60,610 bases of DNA from an uncultured Armatimonadetes bacterium (lineage in GTDB: Bacteria > Armatimonadota > UBA5829 > DTJY01), in NCBI GenBank assembly GCA_937875395.1, contig CALNCU010000173.1:1-60610 (forward strand). Direction: 5' to 3'. Positions 45,463 to 54,613 of this stretch are shown here, piece after piece; positions within the stretch are counted from its first letter, which is position 1; the number at the start of each line of letters is the position of its first letter. The notes under the pieces are model-generated. The model ran no database searches and had not been told where the DNA came from. It was given only the letters and a program-made list of their open reading frames with translations. A program made the position numbers and the translations under genes.

Positions 45463-46845
45463 TTGGCATTAGATCAAGAGAAACCTGCATCCCCAAACCC
45501 GGAAGGCTCGTTTGCGGGTATAGGCCGCCGCTTTGAGAACATTCTGCTTAAAAACCTTGATCTGCTATTGCAGAGGTACTTTGCGCGCGCAGATTATCCG
45601 TTTATAGACATGAAGTTAAGCCTTATAGACGGCGTCGATTTTGATGCCCTGCCGGATGCAAAAAAGACCTTGAAGGGCAGCGGCGCCATATATTCATGGA
45701 TACAGGGGCGCGGGCTTGAGGCCCTGTCCGGGCATGCAGAATGGCTTGAGGAATGCCGCATACTCTCTGAATCAGACAAAAGATTCAGGCTGTCGCAAAT
45801 AAAAACCGTCCTGCTTGAAGTATCTGCAGAGGTGGAGAGGCTCCGGCGGATAAACGGCGGCCATCTGTTCTTTTGCACGGATAGCCAGGGGGTTCCGCTT
45901 GGCCCCAACAGCCTTTGGAAAGACTTTGCAAAACGTGCAGAAAACACAAGCACCATGAGCGATCTGTTCTGCTGCAAGGGACTGTTTGCGGCATATACAT
46001 ATCTGCAGGACTCTGCGGGGGCATCCCGTGCGGCCGGGTGGTTCAAAGCAATCCTGGCAGATATAGATTTGGGCCGTTTTATTAATGACCAATTTTTTTG
46101 GGGCAAAGAGAACGCCTCACCAACAGGGCAAAGTCATGCTTCGCGCATGATAGCGTTGGGTGGACTCTCGCTCTTTGCCAAGTTAAGCGGAGATAGATTC
46201 TATCTAGATACTGCCGCCGGATTCATCCAGCACATAATAGAGAAGCACGTAAACACCGGCCGGTTCTCTGCCCTGCAGGAGTTCGATTTTATCGAGTTTT
46301 TAGCCGGTGACGGCACCCCGCAGCGCAACCAGGGCAGGGTGCTATCAGACCCCGGGCACTGCCTTGAATTTGTTGGCCTGGCAACCAAAGCGTTGCGTCT
46401 TATAGAATCCGGCGCATATGCAGAACATGACAATCTGCTTAAACTTTGCCGCAAGCAGCTCCCCGGGATACTGGTGCATAATTTCAACAACGGTTTCAAC
46501 CGCCGCAGCGGCGGCATATGCAAAACCTTTGATTTAATTTCAAGGCAGCCTGTAGATAGTAACATGCCCTGGTGGAGCCTGCCGGAAACAATAAGGGCCG
46601 CTTCAGAAGTGCTGGCGTTTGTGCCGGAAGACCCTCGGAAGGGCCAAATACTGCAAATTCTAAAAGATTGCGCAGATGCCTATCTGGATAGGTATATCAA
46701 TCCATCGGTAGGCTGCATGGCATACCAGACAAGAGATGCGCAGGGCAAAGTTGCAGATATACCTCCCGCCACGCCGGATGCCGATCCCTGCTACCATACC
46801 GGCCTAAGCATTATAGATTTTCTAAGAGCAACTGCCCGCCGGTAG
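45463..46845 (+). CDS. AGE (N-acylglucosamine 2-epimerase) superfamily epimerase/isomerase, divergent
   Basis: WIQGR, PGHCLE, WWSLPE and DPCYH motifs. Confidence 0.72.
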   Translation: MALDQEKPASPNPEGSFAGIGRRFENILLKNLDLLLQRYFARADYPFIDMKLSLIDGVDFDALPDAKKTLKGSGAIYSWIQGRGLEALSGHAEWLEECRILSESDKRFRLSQIKTVLLEVSAEVERLRRINGGHLFFCTDSQGVPLGPNSLWKDFAKRAENTSTMSDLFCCKGLFAAYTYLQDSAGASRAAGWFKAILADIDLGRFINDQFFWGKENASPTGQSHASRMIALGGLSLFAKLSGDRFYLDTAAGFIQHIIEKHVNTGRFSALQEFDFIEFLAGDGTPQRNQGRVLSDPGHCLEFVGLATKALRLIESGAYAEHDNLLKLCRKQLPGILVHNFNNGFNRRSGGICKTFDLISRQPVDSNMPWWSLPETIRAASEVLAFVPEDPRKGQILQILKDCADAYLDRYINPSVGCMAYQTRDAQGKVADIPPATPDADPCYHTGLSIIDFLRATARR

Positions 46846-46969
46846 GATTTTGGCTGCTGTTACCACTAAATATCTCACATCATTCTTCAAGCAAGGTACC
46901 AGGTGCATTAAACCATGAGTGCCCTGGTATAAGCAGCAAATCAGGCGGCTTGGCATATCAAAAAACTGA

Positions 46970-47042
46970 TTGACAAACAGGTAAAAGCATGGTATAAAGG
47001 GGATATAGAGGTATTATATAGTGAGGCCAAGGTATTGTATAG
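46970..47042 (+). promoter_or_regulatory. promoter with tandem direct-repeat operator
   Basis: TTGACA-N17-TATAAA followed by AGGTATTATATAG and AGGTATTGTATAG, 21 bp apart. Confidence 0.6.
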
Positions 47043-47077
47043 GTGATTTACGTTGGCATCAGGATAAGGGTAACAGC

Positions 47078-48199
47078 ATGGGCTCCGATATATTGCAACG
47101 CATAAAATTAGATAGAGCCGATTCCACTCCACTGTATAATCAACTTGAGCGCCAGATAAGAGAACTAATATCCAGCGGTTCTCTTAAGCCGGGAGATAAG
47201 CTGCCGGATAGCACAGAGTTCATAGGTTCTTTAGGCATCAGTAACAAAACGGTGGTCAATGCCCTAAGCATCCTTAGCAAGGAGGAGTTGATTGTCCGCA
47301 GGCGCCATATAGGAACCTTTGTAAAGGAGCCGGTGCAAGGTGATTCCGTCTCTACAATAGGCTTCTTCTATCTGCATGAATCAGAACTCTTCATGGCCCT
47401 TGTCGCCGAGCACATACAGCGCTGCTGCGCCCGCCACAATTATGATCTTAAAACTATAAGCTTTGATAGAGACTATTATGATAAAGTAGATCTGTACGAA
47501 GAGCTGCAAAAACGCGATTTAAAGGGCGCTATTATAGTTGCTGTAGATACCAACGCATGCCGCCAATCCTTCTACAAGCTGGAAGCAGCCGGTTACCCTC
47601 ATGTCCGGCTTGGCAACTCCATGTTCTCAGGCGAACTGCACGCCCCCCTTGTTACTGGCGATGATGCCGATAGGGTTAGACAGGCCGCTGACTACCTGTG
47701 GCAGTGCGGGCACAGGAATATAGGATTGGTCTACTTTGAGAACGGTTCAGAAATAGAATGCGAATATCTAAAGTTCTACGCTGAACGGGGCGGATTTAAG
47801 GAGCGGTGGCTTATGCAGGTAAACTTCTGTGGCCCGCCGGAAATATGGCAGGGGTTCCCGGAAAAAGACATGGGTGCCGAATACCTGGCAAGAAACCCAG
47901 AGCTAACCGCAATCATCTTTGAAAACATTTCGCCTTGCGTAGCAACGGTAAAGCAGGTAATGCAGGAGGGGAAGTCTCTGCCAAAAGACCTTTCGTTTGT
48001 GTGCCTGGCGGACTGGCCGGGGCTGGAGATGATGACCCCGCCGCTTACAGTAATGAAGGTTTCCGGAAAGGCCATGGCAAAAAAAGCCTGCGAAATACTC
48101 CTGGACATAATGGAAAACGGAAATTACGAAGAAAAAAAGATTCTAAAACTAAAATATCAACTAATTGAAAGAGGCTCCGTAGCCAATCTTACTAAATAG
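47078..48199 (+). CDS. GntR HTH-LacI-type sensor regulator (AraR-like architecture)
   Basis: PLYNQL...LKPGDKLP...GTFV plus periplasmic-binding fold (GHRNIG, PKDLS, PPLT, LIERGS). Confidence 0.88.
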   Translation: MGSDILQRIKLDRADSTPLYNQLERQIRELISSGSLKPGDKLPDSTEFIGSLGISNKTVVNALSILSKEELIVRRRHIGTFVKEPVQGDSVSTIGFFYLHESELFMALVAEHIQRCCARHNYDLKTISFDRDYYDKVDLYEELQKRDLKGAIIVAVDTNACRQSFYKLEAAGYPHVRLGNSMFSGELHAPLVTGDDADRVRQAADYLWQCGHRNIGLVYFENGSEIECEYLKFYAERGGFKERWLMQVNFCGPPEIWQGFPEKDMGAEYLARNPELTAIIFENISPCVATVKQVMQEGKSLPKDLSFVCLADWPGLEMMTPPLTVMKVSGKAMAKKACEILLDIMENGNYEEKKILKLKYQLIERGSVANLTK

Positions 48200-48262
48200 G
48201 ATTTTCTTGCGGTTCCCAAAATGAGCCGCTGTTATTTCATATACACAGAACAGGAGGATGAA

Positions 48263-48949
48263 ATGCAAAGTATACAAAAAACCAAAGGATTCACATTAAT
48301 AGAACTGTTAGTTGTTATAGCTATCATAGCTATATTGGCGGCAATCCTTTTCCCTGTCTTTGCAAAGGCGCGGGAGAAGGCCCGGCAGACAACCTGCGCC
48401 AGTAACCTGAAGCAGATTGGGATGGCTATGCATATGTACGCCCAGGATTATTCTGATAGCGGCGAAGAGAAGCTGCCGTGCGCATTGCTTAACTGGGACA
48501 ACTCATCAAACAATGCCTGTCCAGCATCAGACCGTCCGCTGGGCAGTTGGCCGGCATTTCGCACGGCTGTGGCGCCGTACATGACGGATTCGCTGGCTAT
48601 CTGGCAGTGCCCAAGTTCCCAGCTCCCGCGGCCGTCTAAGACTGCAACCGTCTCTACATGGATCTACTCGCACTATTATCTATGCACCGTTGGTTTTAAT
48701 CCCGGCCGTTCCACCACCTGGAGGGTGCTGAATACCGGAAACGATGCCGGATTCTGGGTTATGGCAGATCACTATGGCGATGGTACTGCAGCTGCCAACC
48801 ATGCAGAGGGGCAGAACATACTGTACCTGGGCGGGCATGTAAAGTGGGTGCCCAGAGGCATGAATAACATCCCTAAAAATACTGCCAACGTAAATGTTCC
48901 GCAATCCATAACTTCCTTTACCTGGAATTATGTTACCAGATGGCAGTAG
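48263..48949 (+). CDS. prepilin-type N-methylation (DUF1559-like) protein
   Basis: KG|[32 protein letters not shown]...C.SNLKQ, CPS and a C-terminal H-X9-GG-H motif. ATG 48263 after GGAGG. Confidence 0.92.
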   Translation: MQSIQKTKGFTLIELLVVIAIIAILAAILFPVFAKAREKARQTTCASNLKQIGMAMHMYAQDYSDSGEEKLPCALLNWDNSSNNACPASDRPLGSWPAFRTAVAPYMTDSLAIWQCPSSQLPRPSKTATVSTWIYSHYYLCTVGFNPGRSTTWRVLNTGNDAGFWVMADHYGDGTAAANHAEGQNILYLGGHVKWVPRGMNNIPKNTANVNVPQSITSFTWNYVTRWQ

Positions 48950-48996
48950 GCCCATACCGGTTTTGCAGATTAAATTGTAAGAAAGGGAAGAAATTA

Positions 48997-51384
48997 ATGC
49001 TGAAGAGAATTGTTCCAGCGGTGGCAGTGTGTGCCGCGCTGATTGCAAGTTGTGCTGCATCCTGGGGCAGGCAGATGCCGCTGGTATGCGCCAACTACGC
49101 AGGCACTCCGCCGGCCATGGATGGTAAGATGGGCCCGGCATGGGCGGGCGCGGCAGACTACTACAACAACTTTGTCCTGTTTGACGGAAGCAAACCGGCG
49201 GCGCCCACAACCCTGAAGCTCCTCTATGATGAGAAGAACTTCTACGTTTTGTACCGCTGCTTTGAACCCAAAATGAAGGATTTAAAGACGCAGGTCCGCC
49301 CGCGTAACGGGACCGTCTGGAAGGACGATTCCATAGATTTCTTCCTTATCCCAATCCCCGGCAGCACTAAACCTCTAGGGTACCATTTTATAATAAACGC
49401 CAGCGGAAGCACGTATAGCGAAACAATAGAGTATCCCAGGGTTGTTGACCCCTCATGGAGCGCGCCCTGGAAATCCGCTGTAAGCGCCGATGCGGATAGC
49501 TGGTCTGTTACGGTAGAGATTCCATGGTCGTCGCTGGGACTTTCCGGCCCTCCCAAGGAAGGGATTTTAGAGGGAAACTTTGGGCGCGCCCGGCAACCGG
49601 TAGTGGAGAATTCCTCTTTATATCCGGCCGGCGGGTTCCAGAATATAAACAACAAGGTAGTTATTAAGCTGGCAAAGACATCCCCCGGAATTCAGGGGTT
49701 GGCCTGGGCAGAGGATGAGAAGGACGGCACTCTCACCGCCAAGTTTAATCTGCTGAACCCTTCCAAATCTGACTGGGCGGAGTTGGAAGCGCGGAATGCC
49801 GGCGTCAGGCTGGCGGCAAAGAGAGTAAACATGCTAAGCCGCAAACTGGTCCCCGTGGAGATTTCCATCCCCGCTCCGGGCGACCCCAGTGACCGGGCCG
49901 TACAGCTGATTTTAAAATCTACAAACGGGAAGAACATCTACTTTGCATCAGTGCCGTTTATGGCCAAGGGCGTGAAGAAAGACCTGGTGCTGGATGTAGA
50001 GCAACTCTACTACTATCCGGGCGAAGATCCGGTTATCAAAATTGAATCCAAGGTTGCCGGCAAGCTGGAACTTCTAATCACCAAAAAGAACTCAAAGGGT
50101 GCAGTCTTAAGAAAATCGGCTTATGTTAAGCCCGGCACCGCAGATATAAAACTAAGCGGCGGCGGGCTTAAGGATGAAGGGGATTATATAGTTACCGGCA
50201 TGCTTACGGGTTCCGGCGCAGCAAAGAAGGAGACCTGCGAGTTTGGAATAGTTGTCCCGGCCAAATGGCCCAAGGTAGATGTAAAGAAGGTTACTCTGGG
50301 TAAAGAGGGCACCATTCTAGTTAACGGCAGCCCGTATTTCCCAATAACCATGTATCACGTCAACGTAGAAGATTATCAGGATATGTCATACCTGGGATTC
50401 AACAGTGTGGAATCCGGGTGGCACAATCTTGAGGTCATCAAAAAAGAGCTGGATGCCGCCCGAAATGCTGGGCTGCTCTGCAATCTGGGCCTGCCGGATA
50501 GGGGCTGCGCCGAGCGTCTGGGGAAGAGGGAGAACGTTACGGCCAAGGTAAAAGGGGTTAAGGATCACCCGGCGCTGTTGTTCTACCATCTGGTTGATGA
50601 GCCGGCCGTCTCTTACTACCCTACGCTTGAAAAGGGATACAATTACGTAAAAGAGCTTGACCCGGATCACCTGCAGTATTGCTCAATGTTCAACTTCCTT
50701 GGGCATCCTGATTTCACCATAGATGCAGCCGGGCGCACAAGAGATATCTTTGCCCCGGATTACTACCCGTTCGATTGCTACCCGGTAACGGCGGTTTCAG
50801 AGGCCGTCAGGGTCTGCGTAAACAGCGCAAAGCGGGCCGGGTGGAGCAAAAGCATCATATACATAGGCCCATGCTTTGAGTGGCTCCCCACATACCGCAT
50901 GCCTAAGCCGGATGAACTGCGGCTGGTGACTTACCTGGCTGTAATCAACGGAACAAAGGGACTTGCCTGGTATTCCTACCGTGAGGATGGGTTTGAGAAG
51001 GCAGGAATAGGTTACGGTCTTCACGTGCCCCAGGCTGCCAAGATTAAAAGCTGCTTCAAACTGCTGAACAGCGAGATGTGCCGGCTCTACCCGGCAATCT
51101 GCGCCCCCACGCCGGCACAGCACTTCCAGGCAAAGCCGGCAGGAGGGCTGGAGTTTATACTTAAGGAAGATGATAACGCCTGGTACCTGATAGCCGCAAA
51201 TACAGATGCAAAGAGCAAGGATGTAACCTTCTCCCAGCAAAATAGATTGGCTATACCGGACGGGCAGGTAGAGGTGTTCTCAGAATACAGAAGCCTCAAG
51301 ATGACGGGCGGAGCCTTTACAGATTCGTTCGGTCCATACGCAGTTCATGTCTACGTTATCCAAAAGAAAGGGGTAAAAAAATGA
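48997..51384 (+). CDS. secreted CBM9/DOMON-like sugar-binding plus putative glycoside hydrolase barrel protein
   Basis: Signal peptide; P..DG...W, YD...Y, W.DD.I.F, W..E.IPW (CBM9-like); NGSPYFP, VDEP and DYYP (GH clan A-like). Confidence 0.65.
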   Translation: MLKRIVPAVAVCAALIASCAASWGRQMPLVCANYAGTPPAMDGKMGPAWAGAADYYNNFVLFDGSKPAAPTTLKLLYDEKNFYVLYRCFEPKMKDLKTQVRPRNGTVWKDDSIDFFLIPIPGSTKPLGYHFIINASGSTYSETIEYPRVVDPSWSAPWKSAVSADADSWSVTVEIPWSSLGLSGPPKEGILEGNFGRARQPVVENSSLYPAGGFQNINNKVVIKLAKTSPGIQGLAWAEDEKDGTLTAKFNLLNPSKSDWAELEARNAGVRLAAKRVNMLSRKLVPVEISIPAPGDPSDRAVQLILKSTNGKNIYFASVPFMAKGVKKDLVLDVEQLYYYPGEDPVIKIESKVAGKLELLITKKNSKGAVLRKSAYVKPGTADIKLSGGGLKDEGDYIVTGMLTGSGAAKKETCEFGIVVPAKWPKVDVKKVTLGKEGTILVNGSPYFPITMYHVNVEDYQDMSYLGFNSVESGWHNLEVIKKELDAARNAGLLCNLGLPDRGCAERLGKRENVTAKVKGVKDHPALLFYHLVDEPAVSYYPTLEKGYNYVKELDPDHLQYCSMFNFLGHPDFTIDAAGRTRDIFAPDYYPFDCYPVTAVSEAVRVCVNSAKRAGWSKSIIYIGPCFEWLPTYRMPKPDELRLVTYLAVINGTKGLAWYSYREDGFEKAGIGYGLHVPQAAKIKSCFKLLNSEMCRLYPAICAPTPAQHFQAKPAGGLEFILKEDDNAWYLIAANTDAKSKDVTFSQQNRLAIPDGQVEVFSEYRSLKMTGGAFTDSFGPYAVHVYVIQKKGVKK

Positions 51385-52088
51385 TAAAGCACTGTATGAC
51401 GGCTCTGCTGGCTGTTTGTATCTGCGGCGCCTCATTGGCCGCGGACGTACCAAAGGCAGAGTATTCAAAGGATGCCCATACTCTGTTTCTGTGCCACTTT
51501 AACTCGGCCGACGAAGTTAAAGCGCTGGGCGGCATTATTAGCGATGGAGTTAAATTTGTTACCGGCAAGTTTGGAAACGGCGCCCTGTTTGAAGTCAAGG
51601 GCGATAAGATAACGTTCCCCGCCAAAGGCGCATTTAACATGAAACAGGGGACGGTGGAGATGTTTATTAAACCAACAATAAACTACAATGAACTAAAGTT
51701 TCCGGATGATCCGCCTCCGTACTTCTTCCACGTGTTTAACGGTGACGGCAACTACGCCGCCCTGCAGTACAATGTGGATAACAAGACCATAGTCGCCCCT
51801 ATCTTTTCTACAGAAGACGGCACCAAGCGTTCATATACGCAGTCCCGCATATCCTGGAAGGCGGGGGAATGGCACCACGTGGCGTTTACCTGGGGGAACG
51901 GCGCAGTAACCATTTATATTGACGGCAAGCTTGCCGTCACCAGTAAATATGACGGCGGCATGTGCAAATTGCCGGAAAAGTTCCTGGTGGGCAGTGTCTC
52001 ATGGAATATAGGTTCGGCGCATGCGGTTATAGATGAGATGCGCATATACGATACCCCGCTGGATTTCAACAAGGCGGAGGACTGGTAG
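51381..52088 (+). CDS. secreted LamG-like (concanavalin jellyroll) domain protein
   Basis: Signal peptide; GKFGNG, GTVEMFIKP, WHHVAFTW and IDEMRIY; ATGA overlap with the upstream gene. Confidence 0.85.
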   Translation: MIKHCMTALLAVCICGASLAADVPKAEYSKDAHTLFLCHFNSADEVKALGGIISDGVKFVTGKFGNGALFEVKGDKITFPAKGAFNMKQGTVEMFIKPTINYNELKFPDDPPPYFFHVFNGDGNYAALQYNVDNKTIVAPIFSTEDGTKRSYTQSRISWKAGEWHHVAFTWGNGAVTIYIDGKLAVTSKYDGGMCKLPEKFLVGSVSWNIGSAHAVIDEMRIYDTPLDFNKAEDW

Positions 52089-52105
52089 TATTTAACTGGC
52101 TATGC

Positions 52106-52140
52106 GGGCAGGGCGTTTACAACGCGCCCTGCCTTTTTTT
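52106..52140 (+). terminator. intrinsic terminator
   Basis: GGCAGGGCG-loop-CGCCCTGCC plus T7. Confidence 0.88.
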
Positions 52141-52458
52141 ATGCCTGGAGAGCTTAAATGCTGGGTAAAGCAGATTATCCTAAATCAGCATATTTGCAAA
52201 GTGAGCCTTTAGCCAGCGCAGTTGATGAAGAGCTCTGCGCCAGCAATCCAGCTTAAGATGAGGTTTCTGACACCGGCCCTGGAGAGATTTGCCAAGTGGT
52301 AGTTTGCCAGGTTTGCAGCGGGCAATAAAATCAGCTATGCAAAATTCACAAGCTTATTAAAAGACCAGTGAGTAGAAAGCTAAGCTATGTTGGTATGATA
52401 AAGCTAATGCTATGTCCATTTTATCTGCTAATACAAAAATTTTAAGGTAGTCTTTAAG

Positions 52459-53883
52459 ATGGGACAAACCGCCAGAAAGTATATATTGTGGCTGTTAATA
52501 CTGGTAATTGCCGTAATCATCATATTATACATGGCCTCACCCAGGCCGGTTGAGATAAAAACGGCCGAAGTGAGCGAAGGTACGCTTGAGTTAAGCCTTT
52601 CCAGCACGGGCATTGTTGAGAGCCAGTTAATTGATATCAGCTCAAGAATTACAGCCCGGATAACCGGACTCTACCTGCAGGAAGGGGAGATGGTTGGCGC
52701 CGGGCAGGTGCTTGCGCGCCTGGAAGATGCAGACCTGCAGGCAGAGGTGCGCCGCATGCAGGCAGCTATGCAGGCGGCAAAAGATGATGAGATGGCGCTT
52801 AGGGAATCTGCACTGGCTCAAAACGGGCAGTTGCGTTCTGCCAGGGATCGTGCAAAGGCAAATTTGCAGGCATCCAGAGATAGGCTGAGAGATCTGGAAC
52901 TAGGGAGCAGCAGGGAAGATATTGCCGTCCAGCGGGCCGCCCTTGAAAGGGCAAGAGCAGGCGCGGAGGATGCAAGGCGGCGGTACGTCCGCGCAGAGCA
53001 GCTTTTAAAGGCCGGCGCCATACCTGCCCAGGAACGGGATACCGCAAAAGCCAACTATGATGCCGCAAGAGCAGATGTAGCCGCGCAAGAGCAGCTCTTG
53101 CAAAAACTTATCATAGGCCCCCGTACAGAGGTGGTGCAAGCGGCCAAAGCCGATGTCAAAGCTGCAGAAGCCGCCTTAAAAGAAGCAGAATCTGCGCTCT
53201 ACCTTATCCTTTCAAAAAAGCAGGAGATTGCATCAGCCGGAGCAAGAGTAGAAGAGGCGCGCGCAGCGCTCAGAAACGCGCAGGCCCAATTAGGTTACAG
53301 CCTGATCAGCAGTCCGGTGCGCGGCGTAGCGGCCAGAAAATATAAAGAGATAGGCGAGCTTGCATCCCCGTTTGATACCATTTATACGGTTGCCAATCTG
53401 GATAACATATGGGTTACCGCAGAGGTGGATGAGGAGGATGTTGCGGCAGTAGCGCTGGGACAGGCCGTGCAGATAACCCTGGACGCTTATCCCGGGCAAG
53501 TTATAAGGGGCTTTGTGGTGAAAGTATCCCGGATAGCGGAACCAAAGGAAGTTGGGCGTGTCCGGGCTAAGATTGTGCGGGCAAAGATCAAGTTGGAGAA
53601 AGTGGCCATACCTCTGCGTCCGGGGCTGGAGGTAAATATCAACGGCATTTTGCCAGAGAAGAGACGCACGCTTCTTATACCAAATGATGCTGTAGTCAGC
53701 GTAGGAAACACAGACCGGGTCTTTCTGGTGCAGGACGGAAGAGTCAGAAGCAGAAAGATAGTGGCAGGCCAGTCTAATTTTGATTTCACCCAGGTTCTAT
53801 CTGGCTTGCATAAAGGCGATCTTGTAGCTGTCACCGGGCTGGATAATCTTAGGGACGGCACAAGGGTGCGCGTTAATAAGTGA
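52459..53883 (+). CDS. HlyD/MacA-like membrane fusion protein
   Basis: N-terminal TM, long coiled coil, SPVRG and LRPG motifs. Confidence 0.9.
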   Translation: MGQTARKYILWLLILVIAVIIILYMASPRPVEIKTAEVSEGTLELSLSSTGIVESQLIDISSRITARITGLYLQEGEMVGAGQVLARLEDADLQAEVRRMQAAMQAAKDDEMALRESALAQNGQLRSARDRAKANLQASRDRLRDLELGSSREDIAVQRAALERARAGAEDARRRYVRAEQLLKAGAIPAQERDTAKANYDAARADVAAQEQLLQKLIIGPRTEVVQAAKADVKAAEAALKEAESALYLILSKKQEIASAGARVEEARAALRNAQAQLGYSLISSPVRGVAARKYKEIGELASPFDTIYTVANLDNIWVTAEVDEEDVAAVALGQAVQITLDAYPGQVIRGFVVKVSRIAEPKEVGRVRAKIVRAKIKLEKVAIPLRPGLEVNINGILPEKRRTLLIPNDAVVSVGNTDRVFLVQDGRVRSRKIVAGQSNFDFTQVLSGLHKGDLVAVTGLDNLRDGTRVRVNK

Positions 53884-53890
53884 GGCATCA

Positions 53891-54613
53891 ATGGAGCATA
53901 CCCCGCCCAATGAAACCCTGGTCAGGCTGGAGGGCGCCGCCAAATCTTATACCATGGGCAAGATAGTGGTTCCTGCGTTAAAACCCACCACATTTTCGGT
54001 TTTGCAGGGAGATCTTTTGGTGGTGCTTGGCCCAAGCGGTTCCGGCAAGACCACCCTGCTGAATTTGATAGGCGGCATAGACACCCCCACAGACGGGCAC
54101 ATATTCTTCAAAGAAAAAGACCTGGCGTGCATGAACGATGCAGAACTCACCCAGTACCGGCGCTACAGTGTTGGGTTTGTATTTCAATTCTTCAACCTGG
54201 TGCCAACACTCACTGCATTAGAAAATGTCCAGCTTGTGGCAGAGTTGGTGCCAAATCCGCTAAACGCACAGGATATGTTAGATTCCGTTGGCCTGGGCGA
54301 TAAATTAAACCGTTTTCCCAGCGAGCTTTCGGGCGGGGAGCAGCAGCGTGTGGCTATTGCAAGGGCGCTTGTAAAACGGCCCGAGCTTATCCTGGCCGAT
54401 GAACCAACCGGCAATCTTGATTTTGAGACGGGAATCAGAGTCCTTAAAATTCTGCACGATCAAGCGGTTACAAGCGGCATTGCCGTACTCATGGTTACGC
54501 ACAATACGCCAATAGCATCTATTGCGCACCGGATCATCCATATGAGAAGCGGAGAGATTGTTTCACTTGCAGCCAATCCCAATCCGTTAGATCCGGAGGA
54601 AGTGCAGTGGTAA
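53891..54613 (+). CDS. MacB/LolD-type ABC ATP-binding protein
   Basis: [23 protein letters not shown] and ADEPTGNLD motifs. Confidence 0.95.
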   Translation: MEHTPPNETLVRLEGAAKSYTMGKIVVPALKPTTFSVLQGDLLVVLGPSGSGKTTLLNLIGGIDTPTDGHIFFKEKDLACMNDAELTQYRRYSVGFVFQFFNLVPTLTALENVQLVAELVPNPLNAQDMLDSVGLGDKLNRFPSELSGGEQQRVAIARALVKRPELILADEPTGNLDFETGIRVLKILHDQAVTSGIAVLMVTHNTPIASIAHRIIHMRSGEIVSLAANPNPLDPEEVQW

